A program made the translations under genes and the position numbers. DNA of 60,950 nucleotides, the filler included. It is 6 parts of 6 records of this genome, joined end to end, with 100 filler letters (N's around TTAATTAATTAA, not from the genome) between each part and the next. Parts side by side here need not be neighbours in the genome. Positions count along the whole stretch, not along the records: positions 11,186 to 25,593 come from SRR31147125_932; 5 more parts are not named here. One strand, given 5' to 3'. Below, piece by piece: positions 11,203 through 20,989 of the stretch (positions are counted from its first letter, which is position 1; every line of letters begins with the position of its first letter). The notes below the pieces were generated by a model that was not told the origin of the DNA, made no database searches, and saw nothing but the letters and a program-made list of their open reading frames with translations.

Positions 11203-12528
11203 CTAAAATCCAATCATGTTGCCATAAGACTCATTTTCGTTTTTAGAAACTGTAACAACAACAACTTTTTCACCTTCTGTAACACCGCTAATAATTTCAG
11301 CATCCATAGATGTAACCATTCCTTTTTCTATATATCTTTTTTCAGTAGGAATAGTATCTACAGTGTAGTTATTAATATCCTCTGCTTTACCAGTATAAAC
11401 TAATACATATTCACCTTTACCATCTGTTTTTATTGCATCAACTGGCACTTTTACTACATCTAGTTTTTCTTGTAGTACAATATCAACCTCTGCCTTTAAT
11501 CCAGGTAGAATATCATTTGGGTCTGTATCTTTAGTATCAGAAAGTTTTATAGTCATGTCAAACTTACCTTGGTCATTTGCGCTATAGCTGATATGTGAAA
11601 TGTTTCCGTCAAGTTCTTTGCCTGAGTCCAGTGTTACCCTTGCGTTTTTATTAAAGCTTACATTTCTAAGCTCATCTTTTGTAATGCTTATCTTTACAAA
11701 AAATTCGTTTGTTGGCTCTATCTTCATAATGACTGTATCTTTTTCTATTGATGAACCTACATTAACACTAACACTTGTAATTATTGCGTTTGTTTCAGCT
11801 TTTATGTGTGGCTCTTTTATTAATTGCTCTAAAACAGAAAGTTGAGTTTCAAGATCATTAACCTTCTTTACTTGGTTATTAAAGCCAGTGTTTTCAACTT
11901 TAACTATAAACAATAAATCGCCAGGTTTTACTGTTCTGCCTTTAGCTGTGTTACGGCTAATACTTACTATTTGCCCGGTTGGAACATTATTGGAATATGC
12001 TTGCTTTTCATCGTCTGATTCAATAACTAGTAAGCTTTCCTTGCCGTTTAAAATATCCTCGGTATTCTTTTTAATTGTAAGATTGTTCTCAACTACCTTA
12101 CCCTTTTGGGTTGCAATAACTTTAATTTTGTCATAGGTTGGCTTCATGCCTCCAAGTTCTGTTTTGGCCTTAAGCCATTCATCGTATACTCTGTCATACT
12201 CTTCTTGAAGTTTGTCAGTATCTAGAACAGCTAAAATATCTCCATCGTTCACTCTTGAGCCAGATTGTACATTAACTTTCTCAATCGCAGCATTCACAGG
12301 AATTTCTATATCATCTGTGTTTTGAAGTGATATGCTGCCCTTTGAAGAAATACTGTTTTTTATATCACCAGTTTCAGCTTCCTTTACTTGTATTGTTTTT
12401 GTAAAGTAGTTGTCTGTTTGTTCAGTTTGCTTTTTCTTAAATGGGTTAATATCAAAAGCTACTACAGCTGTTACTACTAAAAGTACTGCAACTATTGCTG
12501 CTGTTAATCCAATTATTTTCTTTCTCAT
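11203..12528 (-). CDS. Efflux/ABC exporter membrane-fusion (adaptor) protein, HlyD/MacA-like
   Basis: N-terminal TM, lipoyl-like halves (VQSGSRVNDGDILA), coiled coil, PGLKAEVDI, VPVDAI, AEIISGVTEGEKVV. Confidence 0.75.
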   Translation of the reverse strand: MRKKIIGLTAAIVAVLLVVTAVVAFDINPFKKKQTEQTDNYFTKTIQVKEAETGDIKNSISSKGSISLQNTDDIEIPVNAAIEKVNVQSGSRVNDGDILAVLDTDKLQEEYDRVYDEWLKAKTELGGMKPTYDKIKVIATQKGKVVENNLTIKKNTEDILNGKESLLVIESDDEKQAYSNNVPTGQIVSISRNTAKGRTVKPGDLLFIVKVENTGFNNQVKKVNDLETQLSVLEQLIKEPHIKAETNAIITSVSVNVGSSIEKDTVIMKIEPTNEFFVKISITKDELRNVSFNKNARVTLDSGKELDGNISHISYSANDQGKFDMTIKLSDTKDTDPNDILPGLKAEVDIVLQEKLDVVKVPVDAIKTDGKGEYVLVYTGKAEDINNYTVDTIPTEKRYIEKGMVTSMDAEIISGVTEGEKVVVVTVSKNENESYGNMIGF

Positions 12529-12552
12529 GTAAATTTTCTCCTACTGTTTTAT

Positions 12553-12960
12553 TTATTCGTCGACACTATACTCGTAAACTCCGTCTCCATCTGGATCAAG
12601 ATATTCCATATCCCCATCAGTAAACGTAACTCCGTCCATTATCTCGCCATCATATATGTCTAGCTTATCTAATTCTTCGAATACTTTCAGCATGGCATCC
12701 TCATCGTTGTTTTTGCTAGCTTCTACATACTTATCATATAAAGCTTTAACTTGCTCTTTAGTTTCTGATGGCAAATCTTCCTTCATTCCATAAGTAAAGT
12801 CCTCGTAGGTAACATCATAGCTGTCCATTTCACTTTGTGATTTTTGGTTTTTCACTATTAATATCCCACCTAATACCAGTACAGCGACTAATACTATTGC
12901 TGAGCATATAATAATAAGTTTTTTGTTCTCGTTTTTCTTTGCTACATTATTTGTTTCCAT
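12553..12960 (-). CDS. Single-TM acidic hypothetical protein
   Basis: 135-aa ORF, AGGAG RBS, one TM, acidic C-terminus (DPDGDGVYE). Confidence 0.6.
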   Translation of the reverse strand: METNNVAKKNENKKLIIICSAIVLVAVLVLGGILIVKNQKSQSEMDSYDVTYEDFTYGMKEDLPSETKEQVKALYDKYVEASKNNDEDAMLKVFEELDKLDIYDGEIMDGVTFTDGDMEYLDPDGDGVYEYSVDE

Positions 12961-13189
12961 TTAATAGCTCCTTAAATTTTTATTTATGGTATTTTCTTAC
13001 CATCTGCATAATCAAATATTAAAGAAAAGATATGTGTTTTTTGTATGATTATTTTATTGTTTATGTGTTAATGGAAAGTTTTTTGATATTCAATAATTAG
13101 TTTTTAATTACAGTTGTAATAATCAAAACTCGTGACCTTTTACCAAATCTTACTATTATAAAGCCAAGAAAAAACAAATAAATAGAGAT

Positions 13190-13344
13190 ACAGCAAACTG
13201 GACACACCGAATTCCTTCGATATGTCCTTTGTGTATCTTATGCATAATTTCTATTCCTGTGATTGCTCTCCTTGCTGAGGTCAGTGATTTGTTTTATAGA
13301 TTTTGCTAACTTGCATGAAATTATTATATTTTTTCACCAGAACC
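13190..13344 (-). mobile_element. IS6-family remnant (terminal IR joined to a transposase C-terminal fragment)
   Basis: Minus strand starts GGTTCTGGTGAAAAA (cf. IS257/IS431 IR GGTTCTGTTGCAAA), then encodes KSLTSARRAITGIEIMHKIHKGHIEGIRCV, like the IS6 DDE C-terminus (..GIE.MHMI.KGQ). Confidence 0.7.
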
Positions 13345-13418
13345 ATATTGCTCTATTGTCAAACTCTGTAATTTTTAATTACAAAGGGTATGAGCGGACT
13401 ACTGCAGTATCTTTAGTA

Positions 13419-14720
13419 TCATCTTCTGTCCTTACGTCTTTCAATAGCTTCACCAGTAACAGCATCAATTATCATTACATACTCATCGCACTCACCCTCC
13501 AACAGCTTAGTACGTTCTCCTGATGCAATTACCCAAACAGGTATGTATTTTATATATCCTGCACCCATCAATTCTCCTCGTATATCAGAACTATCTGCAT
13601 CATCTGTAAATGTCGCATAATACATTAGATCAAATGTTTCAATATCATATGATCCCTTTGCATCAACTACATCTACATTTTCTTTTAAAATGCCAAGAGC
13701 TTGTTCCGGCGATATTATATCTGATGTTTCTTGTATTTCTAAATGTCTAATTGCTCCTTGTGAAAACAGTACTTTATTGTCGTACACCCATACTTCTAAT
13801 TCATCAATTATCGGCTCCATATAGTATCCTGTTTGTGTTTCCTGCCTGTCAAACAATATAGGAAGACCTTCTATAGGTCGTTGAAAAACTGTTAGATACA
13901 CCTGTGTTGCAGCTCCAGTATGATAATCGTCTACTGTTGTTTTTTTTAGTCCAGAATATGCAAACACGAAATTTTCAGTAAACTCATCGCCTAATATTGT
14001 TGTTAAAAATTCTTCACTCATTAATGTTGCTTCCTTAAGAAGATTTTCATCAGGCAAAATGTATTCTTGATCGCGTCTAAGAAGGTGCCCACATCCTCCT
14101 GGATCGCATTGAACATCAGCTTTATTAATTAAATAATTAAACATAATTGATTGGTTATGAGGATCGTACATTATACTTTCAAGGGTATCTTCGTTTCTGA
14201 AATCCAAAACAGTATCCCTGTAATTCATATCTGTTACATTATAACGATTTCTTGTGACTTCACTATCATACGCATGAGATAACTCATCTTTTGAGGTCTC
14301 GGGGAATATATATTCCACACATTTATCTACATCAATATCAATAGGGGTTGCATCATATATTCCATATTGCTCATCATTATGCGGTTCAACTTCAAGATTA
14401 ATAGTCAGCGAAGCTTTGCTGCCTTGTATTGTTTCATTTATTAATATAGTATTCTTCTCTGACGGAGTCACAGTTGGTTCAACTGAAACATTTTGATTAT
14501 TATTAACCGGAGTTATAACCTGATTACTTTCTTGATTTGTATTAGTATGAGTTACATTCATTTCTATGCGTTCATTGGAAACACGCTGTTTACTCAAACT
14601 AATTCCTACAAATACACTCAAACTAATTAGAACTATAACAAGAGCTAACACTACTTTCATTTGTTTTGTATGTAAGGCTTTATATGTTCTATCATTTTCA
14701 TTTGTTTTATAATCTCTCAT
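13419..14720 (-). CDS. Membrane-anchored extracytoplasmic protein, DUF6034/PepSY-like (paralog B)
   Basis: N-terminal TM; RPIEGLPILFD, DELEVWV, YIPVWV, MIIDAVTGE; clearly similar to 14735-16012. Confidence 0.65.
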   Translation of the reverse strand: MRDYKTNENDRTYKALHTKQMKVVLALVIVLISLSVFVGISLSKQRVSNERIEMNVTHTNTNQESNQVITPVNNNQNVSVEPTVTPSEKNTILINETIQGSKASLTINLEVEPHNDEQYGIYDATPIDIDVDKCVEYIFPETSKDELSHAYDSEVTRNRYNVTDMNYRDTVLDFRNEDTLESIMYDPHNQSIMFNYLINKADVQCDPGGCGHLLRRDQEYILPDENLLKEATLMSEEFLTTILGDEFTENFVFAYSGLKKTTVDDYHTGAATQVYLTVFQRPIEGLPILFDRQETQTGYYMEPIIDELEVWVYDNKVLFSQGAIRHLEIQETSDIISPEQALGILKENVDVVDAKGSYDIETFDLMYYATFTDDADSSDIRGELMGAGYIKYIPVWVIASGERTKLLEGECDEYVMIIDAVTGEAIERRKDRR

Positions 14721-14734
14721 TCCTATACTCCTTT

Positions 14735-16012
14735 TTAGTTAAACTTTCTTCTTTGAATAACTTCGCCTGTTGTTGCATCAATTACCATTACATATTCATC
14801 CGTAGTTTTGCCCTTTGAAGCACTTATCCTTTCACCTGATGCAACAACCCAAACCGGTATGTATTTTACATATCCTAAACCATATTGTTCCGAATAAATG
14901 TCGGTTGTGTCAGCATTATCTGTGAATGCTGCACAATACATTAATTCAAATCTTTCTATATCATATGTTCCTGTTGCTGATACATTATCAAGATTGTTTC
15001 GCAAAATCTCTAGAGCATCTTGTGCTGATATAATATCTCTGGTTTCTATTAATTCAAGATGTCTAATCATACCTAAGGATAATTCCACAACACCATTATG
15101 TACCCAAACTTCCAACTCGTCTGCTAAAGGATTGCTATAATAGTTTGAATTGCGTTCTTGAACGTCAAACAAAATAGGCAGTTCTTCGATTTTTCTACTA
15201 TAAACAATTAGATAAACTTTTTTGGCATCATCACTATCGTCGTATGGATTCATCTTTTTCAAACCGGAATAAGTTAGTTCAAAATTGCTAGTAAATTCAT
15301 CTTCAAAAATAGTTGTTAAAAACTCTTCACTCAAAACTATCGCTTCACTAAGTAATTCTTGATTTGGTTCAAGGTATTTCTGATTAATTCTGAGCAAGTG
15401 GCCTATACCTCCTTGCGGAAACATTATCACGCAATTAGCAGCACCATATTCAAAGGGAAATTCAGCTTTATTAGTATCATATACTAAAATTTCATAATTG
15501 GAATTGTCTCTATGTGCTAGTGTATTGTTAAGGGTATTTAGGTCTGTAACATTATAATATTCTTGATAACTTTTTGTCTCACATTCATTATACAGTTCAT
15601 CCTTAGGTGTATCTGGGAAAACAAATTCCAAACATTTATCCACATCTATAGTTGCTGGGCATGCATCATATAACCCATACTTTTCTCCTGTATGAGTCTC
15701 AACTTCAAGGTTTATATTCAAAGATACAGTATTTCCCTCTAACGTTTCATTAATCAAAATAGTATTTTCCTCTTTACTAAGAACCGCAGTAGGCTGCTCT
15801 GCAACTTCCAGGTTTTGAATAATCGGCGTTTGTTCAATATAATTAATATTAGCTGCTTCTGTAACATTTGGAGTATTCGAAACATCTAATTCATTAATTC
15901 TGTTTGAATTACTCTGCTTAGACCATCTAATACAAACTGCGACACTTATTACAACTAAGATTATTATTAAGAATAGTATTATTTTTGTCTCTTTTGATTT
16001 TTCGAATCTCAT
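14735..16012 (-). CDS. Membrane-anchored extracytoplasmic protein, DUF6034/PepSY-like (paralog A)
   Basis: N-terminal TM; NTILINET..INLEVE, IDVDKC, GGxGHLLR, DELEVWV, YIPVWV, VIDATTGE shared with paralog B. Confidence 0.65.
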   Translation of the reverse strand: MRFEKSKETKIILFLIIILVVISVAVCIRWSKQSNSNRINELDVSNTPNVTEAANINYIEQTPIIQNLEVAEQPTAVLSKEENTILINETLEGNTVSLNINLEVETHTGEKYGLYDACPATIDVDKCLEFVFPDTPKDELYNECETKSYQEYYNVTDLNTLNNTLAHRDNSNYEILVYDTNKAEFPFEYGAANCVIMFPQGGIGHLLRINQKYLEPNQELLSEAIVLSEEFLTTIFEDEFTSNFELTYSGLKKMNPYDDSDDAKKVYLIVYSRKIEELPILFDVQERNSNYYSNPLADELEVWVHNGVVELSLGMIRHLELIETRDIISAQDALEILRNNLDNVSATGTYDIERFELMYCAAFTDNADTTDIYSEQYGLGYVKYIPVWVVASGERISASKGKTTDEYVMVIDATTGEVIQRRKFN

Positions 16013-16138
16013 CTCGTTGTACTATCCTTTCCTTATCTGTACAATCTCTGACCATTCTTATCTTCTAATTTGACATTTTTAGGTATGCGAAACCAAGTAT
16101 AGGCAATTTACTACACTTGATTTTATATTAGTTCTGTT

Positions 16139-18667
16139 TTAATATCCGGATGCTCTATCTAAAATACTGCCGTCAAGTGCATTGATTGTAATAATACTTT
16201 GTTCTGGTTCATTTAGTATAAAATAATCACCATCTTTATCATACATATAATCGGTTATGCCAATGGATTTAGCATCTTCATCGGTAATTTTTGCTTTTAA
16301 ATTACCATAGAAATCCCATACGGGGATTATCATGTATTTACCAGTATCTACCTGCTTAATTCTTGCCAGTGTTAACTGTACTCTATCAATATTAACTTGA
16401 ATATCAGTTGCTTTATTTTGGTACATGTCTGCATGTTCAATAAATAATTGAGTGCTCATTAATGCTATTGCCTTATCTAAATCTATTTGTACCTTAACAT
16501 TGTCATTTTCTATTTCTGATGTCTGCAGAGGGTTTTCCCATATGAACTGCACCAGCTCGTCACCATCCATCCAGATTTCAAAATATTCATAGGGTAAAGG
16601 TTTATCATATACAGTATCATCTGGTTCTCTGTCAGTTGCAGTACCCTCATAGAATGAATTATCTATTATTTGCTCATTAATTGCTCTATTAAATGAAAAG
16701 ACATAATACTGCTTTGTAGAGCCAATAGGCCATTCACCTTCAATCCCTTCTTCGTTAATTCCAAATATTCTCGTACGGTCACCGCAAAGATACACATTGC
16801 CTAATGTCATACCTTCAATATTCAATTGATCAAAATAACCCATTGCCACCTCCTTAGCTTCGAGGAATGTTGAATCATTGGTATTTTGGTCAAAAAGAAC
16901 GCTATCTGATTCTAAATATCTTCTACTATTAAATTCCCCAAAATTCAAAAAACGAAATCTTTGATTTGTAGAACTATTGGAATAGCTGATATTTGCATAT
17001 TCTTCTTTATTAAAATCCACAATAGCCTGTGCATTAATAAATTCTTGTTTGCTCAATACTCCAGTAGATATATTCCCAGAATCTGTTATATCAAGTTTAT
17101 CTAAAATCATAGGTGAATAAGGAGCAGATTTCCATTGCTCTTCATATATAGCAATTCTTTCATCTGCAATTACTTTTAAATCCTCTATAGTATCTATACC
17201 ATTACTTTGTGCCAAATCAGAGTTTAAATCTGTTGAACTTTGTTTGATATGTAAAATTGATTTTTCAATCTGTTCTTTTGTTTGTGTCTGTGCATCAAGC
17301 AGAGGTTTATCACCAATTAATACATTAGTTATATAATCAATATCTTCTTGCGTTAGATTATATTTCTCAACATATGCAACTGGCAAGTTATTAGTCCCTG
17401 TGCCAAAAACATCTGCATCGACATTAACGATTATATTACCTTTATCATTTGTAATTTCATCTATAATGTGCTCTTGTTGTATTGCTGTTTCTTCTTGAGG
17501 TGATGCCGTCTGTTCTATGGCTTCACTTAACTCATTGTCAGCTTTATTCTGAACAACCAAATCATCTGGTGTGGGCTGACAAGCTGTAGTAAAACATGCA
17601 AATACCATAACCATGCATAACATTATAGATAATATTCCTGCAGCCTTTATCCTTTTGTTAGGCTTAATCATGTTTTCAACACGCTTTCTCAATTTTTCTT
17701 TATCCTTACAAAAAGACATAGCAAGCGGTACATTACATTCATAATTAGACATTCTGATTACATCTAAAATGCTTTGTGAATACTCATAAATCGTATCTTT
17801 ATCACAGTTTTTAGTTATTGCATTATCTACAGCGAATTCTACATCATCAATATATTCTTTGTAGCCAATCCATACCAATGGATTGAACCAGTGAATTGAT
17901 TTTGCTACGAGCCATAAATAATTTTTTAGTATGTCATTCCTTTTTATGTGATACAACTCATGCTTCAAAATAAGATTAAGCTTTTCATAACTTAGTCTAT
18001 CCTCAAAACCATACGGTACTAGGATTCTAGGTTTTAGCCAGCCAAATGTTACCGGCATGCTAACATACTCACATCTAACTATTTTAACGTCTTTTTTAAT
18101 ATTTATTTTTAACTTATTACGTTTAATAATGTTTGAAACTTTATCCGAATTTACAAATTGACAAGTTCTAATTTTATTTTTAAATTTTCCTACACTATAC
18201 AAGCTAGCAAACATTATTGCAGCAAACCCAGCCAGCCATATAACAGTTAAATAAAACCATACGCTCACATTTTTAAATGCTTTTAATATATTTGAAAGCC
18301 AATTAGATTTAGTAAATCCTTTTACTACAGTCGTATTGCTTTGTGGTGTTTCTAAGACATTATTTGGTGAAGTGTTTATATAATCATTTGTATTATATGC
18401 AGCATTGTTAGTTTCGTATGTGATTGTATTTAACGCTGTTTCTTGTGCTGCTGTCTCTGTTATTTCATCATTCCTTATGATAACCAAATGAATAGGTGAT
18501 TCAAATGTTATCGGAATTATCAGTCTAGCTAATACTAACATCCAAGCAATCATTATAATATTAAAACTAATTTTACTTTGCCATATTGATTTTATAGTCA
18601 ATACTATTAACACCATAACAGATGAAAAAATAGTTATCTCGAATATGCTTTTAATTAGTGCTTCCAT
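16139..18667 (-). CDS. BlaR1/MecR1-type M56 metallopeptidase fused to a DUF6034-like extracellular domain
   Basis: WMLVLARLIIP, PVTFGWLKPRIL, ILKHELYHIKRND, IHWFNPLVW; then TTACQPTP...IPVWDFYG...ITINALDGSILDRASGY; no penicillin-binding domain recognisable. Confidence 0.85.
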   Translation of the reverse strand: MEALIKSIFEITIFSSVMVLIVLTIKSIWQSKISFNIIMIAWMLVLARLIIPITFESPIHLVIIRNDEITETAAQETALNTITYETNNAAYNTNDYINTSPNNVLETPQSNTTVVKGFTKSNWLSNILKAFKNVSVWFYLTVIWLAGFAAIMFASLYSVGKFKNKIRTCQFVNSDKVSNIIKRNKLKINIKKDVKIVRCEYVSMPVTFGWLKPRILVPYGFEDRLSYEKLNLILKHELYHIKRNDILKNYLWLVAKSIHWFNPLVWIGYKEYIDDVEFAVDNAITKNCDKDTIYEYSQSILDVIRMSNYECNVPLAMSFCKDKEKLRKRVENMIKPNKRIKAAGILSIMLCMVMVFACFTTACQPTPDDLVVQNKADNELSEAIEQTASPQEETAIQQEHIIDEITNDKGNIIVNVDADVFGTGTNNLPVAYVEKYNLTQEDIDYITNVLIGDKPLLDAQTQTKEQIEKSILHIKQSSTDLNSDLAQSNGIDTIEDLKVIADERIAIYEEQWKSAPYSPMILDKLDITDSGNISTGVLSKQEFINAQAIVDFNKEEYANISYSNSSTNQRFRFLNFGEFNSRRYLESDSVLFDQNTNDSTFLEAKEVAMGYFDQLNIEGMTLGNVYLCGDRTRIFGINEEGIEGEWPIGSTKQYYVFSFNRAINEQIIDNSFYEGTATDREPDDTVYDKPLPYEYFEIWMDGDELVQFIWENPLQTSEIENDNVKVQIDLDKAIALMSTQLFIEHADMYQNKATDIQVNIDRVQLTLARIKQVDTGKYMIIPVWDFYGNLKAKITDEDAKSIGITDYMYDKDGDYFILNEPEQSIITINALDGSILDRASGY

Positions 18668-18671
18668 ATTA

Positions 18672-19049
18672 TTAATCCTTATTCTTGTAGTCTTGTAAGA
18701 ACTTTTCAAGCTCATTCAACTCTTCGCAGGTGACCTTTTTGCCAATAGCAAGACCAGCAACCATATGAGCGAGGCTGCTATACCTCTCATTAAGATATGC
18801 ACTTGTTTCTCCTGCAATAAAATCAGATTTAGACACCAAAGTATAATAATACTGGCTTTTCCTGCTTTCTTTTCTAACTGAAACAAGTTTTTTATCAATT
18901 AGTCTTAGCAGGTAAGTTCTAACAGTATGCCTAGACCAGCTTTCTGTACCTAGTTTATTTAAAATTTGTGTATTTGTCATCTCGCCATACTCCCAAAGGA
19001 CTTCAAGAACCGCTCTATCTTGTGGTGATAATTTTATAAAATCGCCCAT
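18672..19049 (-). CDS. BlaI/MecI/CopY family repressor
   Basis: VLEVLWEYGEMT, WSRHTVRTYLLRLIDKKLV, VTCEELNELEKFL; directly upstream of the M56 gene. Confidence 0.9.
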   Translation of the reverse strand: MGDFIKLSPQDRAVLEVLWEYGEMTNTQILNKLGTESWSRHTVRTYLLRLIDKKLVSVRKESRKSQYYYTLVSKSDFIAGETSAYLNERYSSLAHMVAGLAIGKKVTCEELNELEKFLQDYKNKD

Positions 19050-19067
19050 ATTCTACTCCTTTTATCT

Positions 19068-19121
19068 TTGCGATACTTTTTAACGCAATAATAGCGTAAA
19101 CTATTATCGCAATTTTGTCAA
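19068..19121 (-). promoter_or_regulatory. blaI-like promoter with tandem candidate operators
   Basis: TTGCG-N11-CGCAA (19068-19088) and TAGCG-N11-CGCAA (19092-19112) overlap minus-strand TTGACA-17-TACGCT. Confidence 0.65.
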
Positions 19122-19539
19122 GTAAATTGTTAAAATAACAGTTACAGCTTTGTAATATTCGCAATTGGCTGCTCGAAAAATAACATATTGTTTAGATAAA
19201 TTAGAATCTTTTAGACTTCATGCATCTTTGAATATATGTTGTGCTCAAAAAAATAGTCAACTCCAGTACAACTTAATCAATGGGGTTGTTGAATAATATT
19301 AACCAAAAATCAATCAACAAACAATATCCCCACTCACCATGAGTCATCTGTTATTGCAGATGGTTCTTAAAATATACAATAAAAAAAGGATACTTATAAC
19401 TAGAGAAAAAGGTTCTGGTGCAGCTAATGATTGAAGCTAAAAAATCACTAGATTACTACCAAGATCCTATCAGGCTTCACCCAGAAGTCCCTTACAAGAA
19501 CACGGTGCCCGTTGGGACTGTATTTTAAAAAGGTAACTA

Positions 19540-19773
19540 AACTATTGGGGTATTGTAAAGGGAATGTTTCTAATGCAATTATATGCTTTCTTTTCGATGC
19601 TGTTCTTAATCATTCCAAGCATTATTAAAGTATATGCACATAGTATGGTTCCATGCTTATTATCTGGCAATCCACAAATGGATGCTAATGAAGCAATTAC
19701 ATTATAACGAAAGATGATAGGTGGTGAAAAGCGGGACGCTTTCCTCCTTGAATTACTATTTATTGGATTATGA
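19540..19773 (+). pseudogene. DUF975-family membrane protein remnant
   Basis: NYWGIVKGMFLMQLYAFFSMLFLIIPSIIKVYAHSMVPCLLSGNPQMDANEAITL*RKMIGGEKRDAFLLELLFIG, like DUF975 (IIPGIIK.YSY.MVPYIL..NP...EAI..SR.MM.G.K..LF.L.LSFIGW), with an internal TAA. Confidence 0.65.
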
Positions 19774-19774
19774 A

Positions 19775-20902
19775 TCAATTCCAAACAATATTAATATATC
19801 CATTTTCAAAAAAATAGTTATCCTTGTTAAATAGATTTATATATGGTGTATAATACTTATCTAAATTCACCAATCCGCAATGTGTCATCATAAAACTTAG
19901 ATCCTTAAACATATATGCAAACAGCAATAAAACCAAAAATGATATATATAAGCTCCTTGTCCATTTCGACTTAATTAAATATATTATATTTGGTAATATA
20001 ATAATATCCAGCATCTTCCCATAGACTGATAGCCTTGATGCTGTCATTTCAGAAAATTTCAATACAAAATATACAATAAAGCTAATTATATACATATTGA
20101 GAATTTTTCTGTTTTCCGGGTTGTCTTTGCAATACGAATCGTAGAAAATAAACGCTATAATAAGGAAAACAATCCTACCAATAGTTTTAAAGTCAAGTAT
20201 ATTGTTAAAAGAATTGCTAGTTTCCACATAGGCAGCTACTCTTTTTAGTATAGAAGAAAATTTAGATAATGCCAAAAAGATTTCACCTAATGGCAAAACA
20301 CTTATTACAATTCCAATAAAAGATAAAATCATAAGAGTACTTTTACCTAGCTTTATTTTTGTTACCATATAAAGCACTATTAAGAAAAGTGAAGATATAT
20401 GAATTAGGCTTAATAATAAAGTAATTATTATAAACTTTTTAACCTTTTGCTTATGCACAGCTTCTAGTAAATAATAAATCCCTATAGACATTACGAACCC
20501 TTGCCTTAATGAGCTGTAAGTCCAAAAGAAATAGTAACATGTATAATATGCTACTAATGATAAGGTAGGATTAACGCTGTACTTTATACATATCCTATAT
20601 ATAAAGTAGATACTCACTGCGGCAAACACAGCTATATATACTTCATACGGCAAATTTAATAGTTTAAAAATCACACCTATTAAACGAAACCCTAGCTCCT
20701 GTACATCTAAAGGTTGAGTAATCTCCAATATAATTGACCCATGTATTCTGCTGTACAAATATTTGTATGCAAAATAATCAGCTCCGCACCCATATCTGAA
20801 CACTGCTAATAAAATAAGTACGGCTGCATATATTTTCGTTGTTATGCCTTTTTTATTAAACAGCGCAAGTATAAGTCCTATTAATAAAACTATGTAGAAC
20901 AT
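19775..20902 (-). CDS. EpsG-family polysaccharide polymerase (Wzy)
   Basis: Polytopic membrane protein; FRYGCGADYFAY, ELGF, LRQG, IHISS. Confidence 0.85.
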   Translation of the reverse strand: MFYIVLLIGLILALFNKKGITTKIYAAVLILLAVFRYGCGADYFAYKYLYSRIHGSIILEITQPLDVQELGFRLIGVIFKLLNLPYEVYIAVFAAVSIYFIYRICIKYSVNPTLSLVAYYTCYYFFWTYSSLRQGFVMSIGIYYLLEAVHKQKVKKFIIITLLLSLIHISSLFLIVLYMVTKIKLGKSTLMILSFIGIVISVLPLGEIFLALSKFSSILKRVAAYVETSNSFNNILDFKTIGRIVFLIIAFIFYDSYCKDNPENRKILNMYIISFIVYFVLKFSEMTASRLSVYGKMLDIIILPNIIYLIKSKWTRSLYISFLVLLLFAYMFKDLSFMMTHCGLVNLDKYYTPYINLFNKDNYFFENGYINIVWN

Positions 20903-20989
20903 AGTATATCTCCCCTCTCAGAAAAGCAATGCAACAGCAAGTCAATTTAAAGAAAATGTACACATAATACAAGATTTTCTGTATTTTTA

